A stretch of 64,000 bases of DNA, from positions 27,790,289 to 27,854,288 of the forward strand of contig NC_068996.1 of assembly GCF_001194135.2 (NCBI RefSeq), written 5' to 3'. Shown here one piece after another: positions 1 through 12,650 of the stretch; position 1 is the stretch's first letter; each line of letters opens with the position of its first letter. Both the position numbers and the translations under genes were made by a program. The notes below the pieces were generated by a model. The model saw nothing but the letters and a program-made list of their open reading frames with translations. It was not told the DNA's origin and did no database searches. Origin of the DNA: Octopus bimaculoides. Taxonomy: Eukaryota.

Positions 1-2180
1 TTTTGCTGAAATAAACATACATTGGCAAATGACACACACACACCACTACCTACCTTCTGCATAGTACCAGTCTATCAAATTTCACTTACTAGCCATTGGT
101 CAACCAGATACTGGTAGAAGATGATTATTCTAGGTACTACACTGTGGGATTGGGGATTGAACTTGAAATCATATGACTGGCAAGCTATAGTCATATGAGT
201 GCATAAGTATATTCTTGGTGAAGAATGGTTTCTAAGGGAGAGAAAACAGATTATGACTCTTCATATTTTTATGGGGAGGTAATTATTGAACAAACTATTC
301 CTGTTCTTGTGGGATAGACTTAATTTGTTACCAAGTTTAACACCACCTTAGGTACCTTTTGGTGGAGTTCAGTTTATAGCAAGGATTTAAGCTAGGTGTC
401 TGATCTAGAAAGAACCTAAATATGGTTACAGGCATTACTTTTCCATTTCTGCTTAAAGAAATATATGGTTGCAGTAGGGAGTGAAGAATGGATTATAGAT
501 TCAGTTTGCCAAACACTTAACAGCTGTTTTATAGCTGTTGCCATTATATTGAAGCCTCTGTTTACTGCAATAAAGATTTACAGGTTCATTCCTAGCGTAA
601 TTTACAAAAATATCTTGCAAAACAATGGGAATTCTCTTTCTCACATATGCACACAGTGTAGTGGTCTGTAAAAATACAAAAGATGGTTTAATAATCAGGC
701 TAATTGGTACTAATTATTACTACCAATAAACATGAAAAAGATGTTCATCAGTTTTATTTTATTCTAGTGGTTGATCTGTGTTAGCTTGAAAATATCATTA
801 ACTATGTTTAAGTATTAACTGTTTATGTATTCAATGATATTTTTTTTTTTTTACATACACGTTGGAGTTTGATTAGATGTAATTTACATTTAGCTATTGA
901 TTTAGAATTAATTGATGATTAACCCACTTTTATCTGTTAACTTTAACAAGCTGTTAATGTTAAAAATTATTTTCTATATAGATGTGTTATTTAATCTTTT
1001 CTTTAAAAAAACATTTTTTACTCCAATCCTTCACTAAATCCACATTTCTGGAAATTTTAAAACTGTTGAAAAGTCTTAATTCAAACTTAATCAGGACAAA
1101 CTTTTATCATTTGCATCATCTTTCTGTCTTTAAAATTAAAAGAATTTCCATTTCTTTTGTCCTCCATTCTTTAGTTTCTAAACTGTAATTGTCACAGAAT
1201 GTTTCATAATAGCACATTTTTTTTTATTTGTCCACCAAGTCAGTTTAAATGACCTCCTAATACCAAACATAGGAGTTCTTGATATTTTTATTGTTTTTGT
1301 TTTGGTCACTTTTCATATATCATTGTCATTTCATTCTCTTTTATCAACTGATGTAGATGGCACTTTATTTTGTGCTTTTTTTTTTATGAAGTTCAGCAAA
1401 AATTGTGATTTTGGACCAGCTTGATGTCTGGTAATTTAAGAACAATCTACCAACTTCTGCAGAGTTATTTCATTGAACTTAGAAAAATAATTCTAGTGTA
1501 AACAATTTCATTTCATTGTTTTTTTCTTTTAGATAAAATTAAGATAAATCAACGAAATACTTATACTTCCATTCCTCCCACACCAAACTTTTGCTTTTGT
1601 ATCACTGCTTATTTTATTGGACTTTTTGATTTTTTTTTTTCTTTATTTTCGAGAACTGCAGTGTTAAAGGCATTCAGCTGTTTTTATTACTTATTTTGTT
1701 TTGGCAATTTTATTCTTTCTTTCTCTTTCACTCAGTTTTCTGTCTCTTCACTTTGTGTTTTTTTTTAATGTTATTTTTTGTTGTGCTATTTACTCTCTCA
1801 TCTCTTCCTATCTTTCACTTTTTCTTTGTCTATCTTTGTTGCCTCTCTACATTTTTCTTTCTGTATATGTCATCAGCTTCGTTACAAATGTAAAGTGCTG
1901 CTACATTTATATTTAAATGCTTCATTTCTCTTTCCAATCTTTGCTTACCTTGCGGCTTACTTTACTTTACTTGCGACGGTAAGTCATTCTTCAACTATTT
2001 GTAAATAATTCTAGAGGAGTTTTATCAGCTCTTTGTCTCATTCTCCACCCCTCTTCTATGTCCTTCCTATTTGTCTTTATCTCTCTCATACTTTGAATTC
2101 TCAGCTATGTAGAAATATTTCCTTATTGGTAGTGTCGACCTTTTTAGTTGTCATTAGTCGTATTTCTTCTCCCTTTGCTT

Positions 2181-2216
2181 ATTGTGACCAAGTACACATT
2201 GTGACCAAGTACACAT
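2181..2216. repeat. 17-bp tandem duplication (ATTGTGACCAAGTACAC x2)
   Basis: Exact direct repeat at 2181-2197 and 2198-2214. Confidence 0.9.
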
Positions 2217-3174
2217 GTAAACCAAGTTTTTGTCTACTCTCCTTACACATACCCAAAAGCATGCTTATTTACTGTATGTAGCAATGTATTGTACATGTTA
2301 CATCATGTGCTTTCTCTAGTTTGATTTTTTTTTAAACTTTAAATTTTGTTTTTAAACTAAAAATTTGAAGTTTTAATGATGAACTGTATAAAGTGAATTG
2401 AAGATTTTGATATTGACAATATGTGTTATAGTTTTAACTGAATCTTGTCCTTCTGTATAAGGGCTGGTTATGGTAGTTTTCAATGGATCATTTTGATTTT
2501 TCAATGCTACTAACTATTATGGAATATTGTGAATGTCATCAAAAATGGACCTCAAAATAAACAAATATGAAATGGAAAAAATAGTGATTTTCTTGACATG
2601 CAAATTAAAATCAGTTGGTCATAGCATTTGTTGAAATACTTTGGTCACCTGTGTTCATATGACACACTACAATCACAGAAGTTACTGATTGAAGCATTAT
2701 TCAATTATTGCTTTGGGCATGACCATTCCATCTTTACTGCATATTTTGGACTTGTTGCAGATGGTGTCTATTTTGAAAACAGTACAGATTTTGTAGTCAT
2801 TTGACTTGGGTAACAGGTAACCACCAAGTCCTTCAACAAAGAAATTCTCTGGCTCATTTGGTCCCTATTTTAATGACATTAGGAAAATTTAGTTATACTG
2901 AGCAAGTCATGTAATTGCAGTGGATCTCTATGAATGACCCATACATATCATAATTTTATTAAATGAAAAGAAATTGAGGAAGCAGCTCACTCTATACAAG
3001 TCATTGTCAGTTTTTTTCTTTTTATATACTTATACAAGTCATTGATTAACTAAAACATTATAGTAAGTGGTGTTATAATTTATAATGGGCTTGCAGTTTT
3101 GTGAAGTTACAATTTAAAATAAGCCAAAGTACAATTGAAGTAAAAATTAAATATACAACTTCATTGTATTGCTG

Positions 3175-4377
3175 CATGAGGGTTGGCTGAAAAATTCATA
3201 GGCTGATCACGATAAACTCATGGGATGTGACCAAATGAGGTTTATTTTTCAACATAGTCCCCACTTGCAGTCCACACACTTCTTCCATCAGTGTTGCAGT
3301 GCTTGGGTCTCATTGGTCAAAAAAAGTCACCAACAGCAGATATGATGGCATCATCACTGTGAGACTTGTTCCCAGCCAATTGTTTTCCCATGTTGAGGAA
3401 CAGATGAGTCTGGTGGGGCCAAATCAGAATAGGTAGGGTGACCAACCAGTTCAAAGCCACAGTCATGCACAGCAGCCATTGAGAGCAAGGACTCGTGTAC
3501 TGGAGTATTGTCCTAATGAAACAAGGCCCCTTTTGTCAGTTTTTCTGGGAGTTTGCTCTTGATGTCCTTTGATAACTGCCTCAACAAGTTGGCTTAATAC
3601 TTCCATTGATCATGTAGCCTTTCTGAAGAGAGTCGATAAACACAATACCTTTTGCAGCCCAGAACACCGAGGCCATCACTTCCCCTGCAAATGAAATGAC
3701 CGTGGCCTTCTTTGGAGCAGGTGGGGAAGGGGTGTTTCCATGGCATAGATTATCTCTTTGTGCCTTACTCAGTGATGAACCTGGATTTGCCTGAAACAGT
3801 GTCAGATTTTCCTGTGATGTGATGTGATCAGCCTGGTGTGCTTTTGATTAGGTGTCAGATGTGGCACCTACCAAGCAGAAACCTTTGTCATGCCAAGTCC
3901 ATTGTGTAAAAGGTTCTCAACTCTTACGGGACATGCTAATAGCATTGGCTATTTGATTTATAGTCATTTGGCTGTCATACATCACCATATGGTGAACATA
4001 ATGTTTTCCTCGATGGTGACAGTTGCAGACGTCATCTTCAAGATTCTCTCCCTTCCCCTCGTAAATTCAGCTGTCCATTTTTGCACTGTTGATAAAGCTG
4101 GAGTCATCCCCTAATGCAGCAACCTGTTAGCATGAATGTTGATGGGGCCCAGACCCTTTTTTCTGCAGGTACTTGATAATACCATGATGTTAAATTTTGT
4201 CTGTTTTCAAAAGAAGTTGCTACTGGTTATTTTTGAAGTCTTTGAACAGTCAAATGTCAGTTTACTTGGAAAGAAGCAATATAGTTATTAATAAAGAGTT
4301 GAAATTGATACATACAAAATTTCACAGCTCTCGCATCACTCCTTCATGGTATATGAACTTCTCAATCCACCCTTGTA
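3175..4377 (-). mobile_element. Decayed mariner (irritans/Himar-like) DNA transposon
   Basis: The minus strand reads PAPKKATVISFAGEVMASVFWAAKGIVFIDSLQKGYMINGKY*ANLLRQL...LFH*DNTPVH. Degenerate TIRs lie at 3175-3198 and 4354-4377. Confidence 0.85.
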
Positions 4378-5269
4378 TATATGCACACAAACACTTGAAC
4401 AAAAACGAGAAAAAGCCAAATGAACATTGATTAGGAAGGTTACTTATTGGCTTAGTCAGAGGGAAAAAGAGTAGTACCCTTGATTCTTTTTTTTAGAAAT
4501 TACTCTAACTGGCAAGAGGAAGTTCTCAGATTAGACATGTTTTTAGAATGCATACAGCAGATTAGATTCAACTAAAAGTGCCATTAGGCCAAGCGGTGAT
4601 GTTAAACAGAGTGGTGGATTAAATCTACCACCTACCCAAGAACAGAAGTGGCCTCTCACTGAACAGGTTTCCACATGATTTCCATCTACCAAGCTTTGAT
4701 CACCTTTAAACTATGGTGCAAAAATATATACTTGTTCAAGATGCTGTGTAGTTGAATTGAACCTAAAACTACATAGTTGAGAAGCAGTCTTCTAAATCAC
4801 ATGACCATTTTGTTGGAAGAGGTGTTTTTTTTTTTGTTCAGATGCCTTTCTCATCTACTAAAACCATTATGAAGTTCAAGTGGTACATGCATTCATATAT
4901 GATTTATTTAACTAAGACTGTCTGTCTCAAAATGTCTTGTGTACAGAGTTCTTAGCTACAACCTATTAAATAAATAAATAAAAAAACTTTATTCACTAAC
5001 CACATCAACTGATAGAAAATCAATTGGTTGAGGCTAATGCATGGCAGGAATGTTTGGGAAATTAAAAATATAAATGCTTGATATTTTGACCATTTGAAAA
5101 TGTTGCATGTATCATGCAGTTCTCTTTTTGGAGTGTCTAATATTTTTCCTTTGATTTGTTGAAGATTATTATTATTTCTTTCTTTCATGCATTTGCACTA
5201 TTTCACACCCCACCTATACATCACCTAGTGATTATTTATATTATTTATACATAATAGGTGCAGATTAAT

Positions 5270-5590
5270 AGGTTGTGTAGTAAGATGTTTGCTTCCCCAC
5301 TATGGTTCTGGGTTCAGTCCCACTGCTTGGCACCTTGGGCAAGCTTCTTCTACTATAGCCTTTGGTTGACCAAAGCCTTGTGTGTGGATCTGGTGGACGG
5401 AAACTAAAAGAAGACTTTGTGTGTGTGTGTATTAATGTCCTTGTAACTTAATTCAACAAGAAACCAATAGAATAAATACCAAGCTTTAAAGAAAAAATGT
5501 ACTGGAGTTGATTGATTTGACTAAATTTCCTCAAAATGGTGTCTTAGTATGGCTGTAGTCTAATGACTGGAACAAGTAAAAGATAATGAA
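5270..5590 (+). mobile_element. tRNA-derived SINE (family A). Related copies or fragments lie near 4570-4810 (-), 9950-10050, 11130-11410, 36590-36950 and 46670-46810
   Basis: B-box-like GGTTCAGTCC followed by the shared body ccttgggcaag...ctactatagcc...gaccaaagccttgtg seen in several copies. Confidence 0.75.
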
Positions 5591-5624
5591 ATTCACTTCC
5601 ATCAAATATTATATATGTGCATAT

Positions 5625-5675
<51 letters not shown>

Positions 5676-5714
5676 TCTGTATGTATAATATATGTATTAT
5701 AAGTATGTATTGTA

Positions 5715-6360
5715 GGCCCCAGCTCGTATCCGAGCATTGGGTTCGTCAGTTTCCATTCAGTCTCCTTGGCTGGTATTTGTGCTGAAAGTGACTTTGGGGT
5801 TCAAGTCAGTGTTGAAAGAGTCGTGGGCAGAACTTGCACGGAATGGTTGGTCAAGGATGTTGAAGATGCTCCTTTCTTCTCCTGTGTTTTGCCTCTCATT
5901 CTATTGTCTGCTTGAAGGAGCTAGCTCCATTGTGAACAGTGGCCCTCCAAGCTGTCCTATTTATGGAAATTTGTTCCCATGAGGATGGCTGGCTGTTATC
6001 TTGAGCCAAGGTCCGTTTGAACTGGTTTTTAAAACAGAATTTTGGACTTCCTCTGGGTCTTGTTCCAATTCCAAGTTCTCAGTAGAACATGCTCCTTGGG
6101 AGTTGAGAGGGCTCTATACACTGGACGTGACCTGCCCAGCAGAGATGGTGGCAAAAAACGGTGGCTTCGATACTTGGTAGTTAGGCGTGGCGAAGAACCT
6201 CATTGGTAACGTGATCTTCCCATTGTGTGTTGAGGATTTGTCATAGCTTCAATTGCTGGAAGTATTCAAGGCACTTGAAGTCATGGTGGTACACCATCCA
6301 AGTCTCACAAGCATAGAGTAGAGTTGACAGGACAATGGCACAGAAGACCGTGATCTTTGT
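5715..6360 (-). mobile_element. 5'-truncated RTE (BovB-like) LINE, 3' end
   Basis: The minus strand reads KITVFCAIVLSTLLYACETW ... QILNTQWEDHVTNEVL ... CWAGHVQ ... RPRGSPK ... PCKFCPRLF, typical of the RTE ORF C-terminus. Confidence 0.85.
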
Positions 6361-6364
6361 CCGA

Positions 6365-6655
6365 ATGATGTATCGTATGTATGTATGATGTATCGTGTGA
6401 CGTGACATATGGGTGTGATGTGATGTGACGTGACATATGGGTGTGATGTGATGTGACGTGACATATGGGTGTGATGTGACGTGATGTATGGATGTGATGC
6501 GACGTGATGGATGGGTGTGATGTATGGATCTGAGGTGATGTATGGATCTGAGGTGATGTATGGATGTGGTGTGATACATGGGTGTCATGTATGGATGTAA
6601 TGTGATGTATTGATGTGGTGTGATGTGAGGTAGGAATGTGACGTGATGTATATCT
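6365..6655. repeat. GTGAT/GTGAC pentamer-based minisatellite with a 28-bp higher-order unit
   Basis: GTGACGTGACATATGGGTGTGATGTGAT units start at 6397, 6425 and 6453 (third imperfect), with degenerate flanks. Confidence 0.85.
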
Positions 6656-6992
6656 TGTTTGTGTTATATGTTGTGTGTGTTAAGTCAGGTCTTCTATTAA
6701 TAAATTTAGAACTTCATTTGAAAATGGCATGGTGTGTGTGTTTTCATGAAATGGTATAAATATATTGCTTTGAATATTCACATTTAAAACAAGAAACAAT
6801 TCACATCAACCTTTGATTTCCAAACATGTTATTATCATATTCATCCTGTTCATTTAACCATCACAAACTATTTATTACATCAGAATTTTCTTTTTTGTGT
6901 TTTAATTTTCTACACTATTTAAATCAGTCCATTCTGTAATTACAGCTAGATGATTATGGAAAAAGTTGGCTGAAATATAGTGTAGAAAATAA

Positions 6993-7057
6993 CTAACTAT
7001 TGGAGTAGTCTAACTATTGGATATCTGAAAGTACTAACTATTGGATATCTGAAAGTA
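6993..7057. repeat. 24-bp tandem duplication CTAACTATTGGATATCTGAAAGTA x2 plus a partial copy
   Basis: Copies at 7010-7033 and 7034-7057, partial copy at 6993-7004. Confidence 0.9.
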
Positions 7058-7371
7058 CTTTAACCATAACACATCACAACTATTTAGATAATGAACAATT
7101 GAAACTGACTTAGAAACTAACTTAAAAACTAGCACAAACCAAGTCTCTGCACAATTCATAGCAATCAATGCATCATATTTTAAATTCTTTTTTTGTATTA
7201 TTTTATAGATGTCCTGTTGCATTTTCTTCTAAATTTAAACTTTTAAAAATAAAAATAATCAGATTTTTTAAAGAACTAGTTATATTTGGTTGTATCTTAT
7301 TTTTTCTGTCAATTAAATGCATAAACTTTTGAAACAGTAGTTTAAAATAAATTCATAATTTCTGATTTCAG

Positions 7372-7474
7372 TATTAGACCGTACACCAAATGCTATAATT
7401 CCAAACACACCTGAGCTTGATGAACCTGCAGAAGCTCTAAGCCAAGCTAATGCAGCAAATAAAAAGAATGTCAA
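7372..7474 (+). CDS. MAPK8IP3/SPAG9: JIP3/JIP4 internal exon (xLDRTPNAIIPNTPELDEPAEALSQANAANKKNV), phase 1 to 2
   Basis: Acceptor tctgatttcAG, donor GTATGT at 7475, open frame. IIPNTPELD matches the recalled JIP3/4 II(D/E)STPELD motif, and the phase joins the next exon. Confidence 0.85.
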
Positions 7475-9569
7475 GTATGTTTTTCTTTATTATTATTATT
7501 GTTGTTGTTGTTTATAGAAGTGGATTGACAGAACCATTATTGTTGAGAAAATGTTTTTTTTTTTTTTCCACTTTACATTCTGTGATCAAATCCTACTTAG
7601 GTTAATTTTGCCTTTCATTCTTTATAGGTTAAAATATATTAGTCAATGAGTGGGGTCAATAGTATCAAACAATCCTTCCCCTCAAAATTGTTTGGCTTTT
7701 GCTTAAATCAAACTTATGATTAAAATCTTAAGGCAGCAAACTAGCAGAATTGTTAAAACATAAAAGACCAGGAGAAATGCTTCTAAGTATTTTGTTCAGT
7801 GCACTACATTCAAATCTCATGGAGGTCAACTTGGCCTTTAATCCTTCTGGGAATGATAAAGTACCAATCGAGTGGGGTTGATGGTATTGATGAACCCCAT
7901 CCCTTCAAGATTGCTGGCCTTTTACTTAATTTAGAAACCATTATTATCATCATCATAAATAATTTTGTTAAAAATTAATTATTGGTTTTGTATAGGTGAA
8001 GACTTCATAATCAATAAGGCTTTGGGTAAAACACCTGACAATATTGAATTTTATTCCTCACAATTGTCCTTGCCAGGGTTAAATATGCCATCTCATCTTT
8101 TCCAGTCAGTAAAATACCAATGGCATCATCATACTGTTGAATCAACTATACACCCTTTTCAAATTTATAGCCTTCTTCCATTGTAAGAAATAGCTGTTTC
8201 TAGATTCGTAAAGTACAGTCTAGTTCGGTCCTTCATCACCGTCCTCTTACTTATATGCAATAAAAGAACAGTTATTGACTGTTTTATATGTCCAATAGCT
8301 TCAATGTCCTTCTTATTGAGTGATTCATTCCTCCATCCATGTTGATGCCATTGATGACAGAAAATTGATGGCAAGATAGTGTGTGTGCAAGGGTATTGTT
8401 GACTTATTAGTTCTTGTGATTTCTCATGTTTTTGTCTCACTTCTAGCCATTTTAAAGATTGTCTTCAACTCGTCTCTGTATAACAGCAGTAAAGACATTC
8501 ATGTGGTCTTCTTCTCAGTGGTAGATTTGCTGAAGGGTTTTTGACAAAGGAACCTCTTTCTTTCTAACCACCTGGTCCTATTCACTGCAGTCGGTGTTTG
8601 ATTATGGATTCTGTATTTCAGTCGTTGGTTTTTTTTTTTTTTAGGATAGCTTTTTTTTTTATATGAAGAAACTTGATATCTCAACAATAAAGTCTCCATG
8701 TTTCACAACTATAATAACTGTTAAAAAGAAATCTCATTTGAAAATACTTCAAATTCAAAGATTGCCATATCAACAGTATATTATGCAGATAGTAATTTCT
8801 TTCAAAGACAACTAACAGTCAATACTACTCCCCTTTTGGTTGATGTGGGTTTTGTCTTGAGAGTAATTTGTAACCTCAGTAGTGCTAGTGCTATAACAAA
8901 AGCACTTTCCACTAAGTCGAGGGGTCTTGTTTTGTAAATACTTTGAAATCTCAGTAGTACTGGTGTCATGACAGCACTCAGTCCGCTCTGTAAGGTACTT
9001 TAGGAAGAGCATCCAGGCTCATTGGTTCCTGTCAAACGATTCAATCCATATGCTGTCAGGTGAAGCTTGAAATAAATTTGATTCTACTCTCAGTATAGGG
9101 TTCAACCTTTGGTACACATTGTTAATTTCATACTTGTTTCAAAATAACACAATTCAATGTATTTTCTGTGCTGTAGAGTAGTTGCAAAGGGTATTCAGCA
9201 ATAAAAACTATGCCAAAACAAAATATCACAAAACAAAATTGATCAGTTTCATGTATGTGCATAAGATGTAAGCTGGAGTGTGGCAAGCAGTGACACACAG
9301 TGACACCCATCCAGACTATGTTAGGGGGGAGGTGGGGAGTGTGTGTGGGGAATCAGTGAATGAGTTTGTGTGTTTATGCACATAAATATGTGATGGTTAT
9401 TTGCTGTGTGTGCATGTACACATTTTCATAAATATACAGTAGTTTGATATAAACAGGATATCCATTTTTGGTAACAAAGCATATAATTCAATTGTCTCTC
9501 TTCATTTATTTAGCAAATTAAATTTTAAAAAAATCTTTTTCTAAGGAGTCATTGTTCTTTTGCTTGCAG

Positions 9570-9655
9570 AATAAATAATGAATCTATATACAATGAGTTT
9601 GCAATGCAAGATTCAGATCTCATCGGTGATGTTGACTTTGGTGCTGATATAACTG
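9570..9655 (+). CDS. MAPK8IP3/SPAG9: JIP3/JIP4 exon (KINNESIYNEFAMQDSDLIGDVDFGADIT-G), phase 2 to 1
   Basis: Acceptor tgttcttttgcttgcAG, donor GTAAG at 9656. LIGDVDFGADITG matches the recalled family motif (L/V)IGDVDEGADLLG. Confidence 0.93.
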
Positions 9656-10373
9656 GTAAGTAGGTGTTTTGTTAATTAACCTTATTGTTGATGCTAAGGG
9701 GCTGATTGATATATTTATTATACTTATATATTCTTTTGATGAATATTCTTGAGAAGCTTCGAGGGTGAGAAGGGATGAATGGTGGGGAAAAAATGTAAAA
9801 CTTAATTTTAAGACAATATTTGAATAATATTCAGTTAAGTGTGATGTTAGAATTTTTTTGTTTTGAGCCAGTTATTTTCTTTCTCTGACTCTCTCACTCA
9901 TGCAGTTCCCAATTTGGGATAGTACTTTGGCAGTATGGCTAACAAATTTTAGGATTCTTGATTCTTTGTCACTGTGCAACACATTAGGCAAGTGCTTTTC
10001 ACAGTGTCTTGTGAATGAAAATTGGTAGATATAAACTATATAGAAACCTGTCATATTATTTGAATAGGGAATTATATAATGTGTAGTTAACCATTCAATG
10101 AGTAGTGATCAATAAAATATAAATTGTGAACTGATATAATTGAGTAATAAGTTTGAATACAGTGCTGAAGCACAGTCTTAGTCCAAGGACTGTAAATTAG
10201 TGGAGTGGACAATTATGGACCTTTTGGTAATTTCAAGTTAAAATAGCTTTGATATAAATTACTATCAATCAGTAGACACTTATTCAATAGCCTCTGTATA
10301 CTTCAATCCATATTGCAGTCAGTGTCTTTTGATTGTTTTTTCTTAAAGTTGACATTCTTACCATTTTATACAG

Positions 10374-10409
10374 GTAGTGCAGTCAATCCTGGAGAATATG
10401 CTTCCTCAG
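10374..10409 (+). CDS. MAPK8IP3/SPAG9: 36-nt symmetric (phase 1-1) small exon, GSAVNPGEYASS
   Basis: Acceptor cattcttaccattttatacAG, donor CAG|GTATTT, in frame with no stop. GEYAS resembles the recalled vertebrate JIP3 GEFS insert at this position. Confidence 0.75.
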
Positions 10410-12601
10410 GTATTTACAATTTTTTCATATTCTATATATAACATATTCATTTGCTTTCAATCAATGATGAGTTATGTGTTTATAGTTTTCAAGTTCCATT
10501 GTGCATGTTTTATATTGTCTTAATTTGTTAATAATTTGTCTTTGTGAATTAAATTTTTTTTTTCTCTCCATATCTTTGTCAAATTGGCTAGTTCAGTTTT
10601 GGAGATAAATTCTCATGTATTTCATTAATGAAATCTAAAAAAAAAAAAAAAATTCAATTTTGCTGGCAATTTTTTTCATTCATTTTTTTCATTTATTTTC
10701 ATAAGGTCCCATGGAAAGTGTGAAAGAAATTCTGTACATTTCCTTGAAAAAAAAAAAACTGGCTTTATCTTTATCTTTTCATTTGTTTCTAAATCTAATT
10801 TACAATTCTTGCGTATCTCATGTTGAGATTTGTTTTTGAGTAATTTATTCATTATTTTATTCATCTTTATGATATCAGATTTTCATTATTTTTAACACAA
10901 TGGGAATAACATTGTTCAATGTTTTTTTAAATTTTTTTTTTATTTATGTTTAAAATCACATCAAGTGGTTATTTAAATATACATTTTCTACTATGACATT
11001 TATTAATGTTCATTTTCTACTATCTTTGACATTATCATCTCATTTCCTCATTTGTTACTAATTTCAGTTGGATATCTTGAAGTTTACTATGCTGCATTGA
11101 AAATAAAGAAAAAATTAAATTATGTTCCACTGCATAGCATCTTGGGCAAGTGTCTTTGATAGCCCTGGGTCTATAAATGCCTTATGAGTGAATTCAGTAG
11201 ACAGAAACTACAAGAAAACCTTTTGATGTATGTGTGTGTGTGTGTGTGTGTTGATTTCTCACTGCTTGGCAACTAGTGTAAGTTTGTTCCACTGGTTTTG
11301 CCGATAGAAGTACCAGATTTACATACTGGAATTGATGTGATCAACTGAAAAATCCTTTGAGGCAGTGTCCCAGCATGGCTGCAGTCCAATGACTAAAACA
11401 TATAGAATAAAAAAACATAATTGTTATTTACTCATATGAAAACATATTGTAGTCATGTGAATGCATGCATGTACAAACAATGAACATTATTTTTTATTTC
11501 GAAATTTTTTGATGCAGTGTGGTAAACTTTGGGCTATTCCACATTTCTGCAACAATTGTGTCACAATGCTTTTCAACATTTAGTTTGAGCCCTACTTTCT
11601 AGATCAAGTCTCCTGGGGAATTAGCCATAATATTTCTATTTGAAATCAGTAAAGTAAAAGTAATTAAACTTGGGTTTGGTTCACTGATGTCATCCTCATT
11701 GAATTTGTCTTTTACCAATGTAAGGAGTTGGCAATGATTAAGGTGCTAGGCTAAAATCACATTTTCACATAACTGCATACTGATTTCATGAGTTGCTAGT
11801 GTCAACTTTTTCTCTCATCTCAGAGGTTGATAAAATACTGCCTCTTATTATTGCATAGTAATTGTAAGACCATCGTCTCTATTTAAATCTTTGGCTTTGT
11901 CGGTCAGGGAGAGAAATATAGTGGCTGCCAACTTTCTACTTCTCAACATTGCATGCTGCCTCCCTATAAACCACCTGTTTCCACTATGTGTTATAGTTTT
12001 CAGGCACTGAAGGCGATGTTGACATTTCTTGTTGCCATTTTTCTTAACTGTGTACTGCTATCAATGTTAAATGTAGAAAGAAAAGAAGAAAAACAAAAAA
12101 ACTCACCTTACAAGGCAATTATAGAACTATAGTATATAAAATCTTCACTTTTGGTTACAATGTCTCTGGAGATGAATAGAAAAAAAAATGAATGTATGTC
12201 TGTTGTTTCTGCAATACTGTTGCTTGATTCAACAAATTAAAGTTTAACACTAAAATGTAAGCAATGCACAAATACTGAGAGCCCTCTTTTTCAAATAGAA
12301 GATGAGGGCAGTAACTCCATAGAAGAAATTAATTAAAAAAATAAAGCAAAAAATATCCAAAAGAAGAGAAGAAAATTATATCATTCTGTTTCACTTTCTT
12401 CTGAAAAAGCAAAACTTTTAGATGACTCTTAGTCATTTTGGCAATACAGTATCAATCACTTTCAATGAACATATTTAGATTCTATATTCTTGGATTCCTT
12501 GACTGTCCACTCACTGCACAGTCACTGTTTTATTATAATCTCACTGCTTGCATTACCATTGTTCTGTTAGGCAAGGCATTCATGTTTTTTTTTTCCCTTT
12601 C

Positions 12602-12605
<4 letters not shown>

Positions 12606-12645
<40 letters not shown>
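12606..12645. repeat. (AT)n microsatellite, one of many (e.g. 29300, 36495, 52065, 57275, 59045, 63860)
   Basis: Direct read. Confidence 0.95.

Positions 12646-12650
<5 letters not shown>

Noticed and set aside
1533-1916. Long open frames and a possible exon 1533-1598 in the T-rich tract
   Set aside because: The frames are open only because of low complexity (Phe/Leu/Ser-rich). The donor TTT|GTATCA is weak and there is no JIP3 similarity.
5270-5340. tRNA gene
   Set aside because: Only a B-box-like motif within a SINE head, with no cloverleaf.
6365-7057. CRISPR-like arrays
   Set aside because: These are tandem repeats without unique spacers in a eukaryotic intron.
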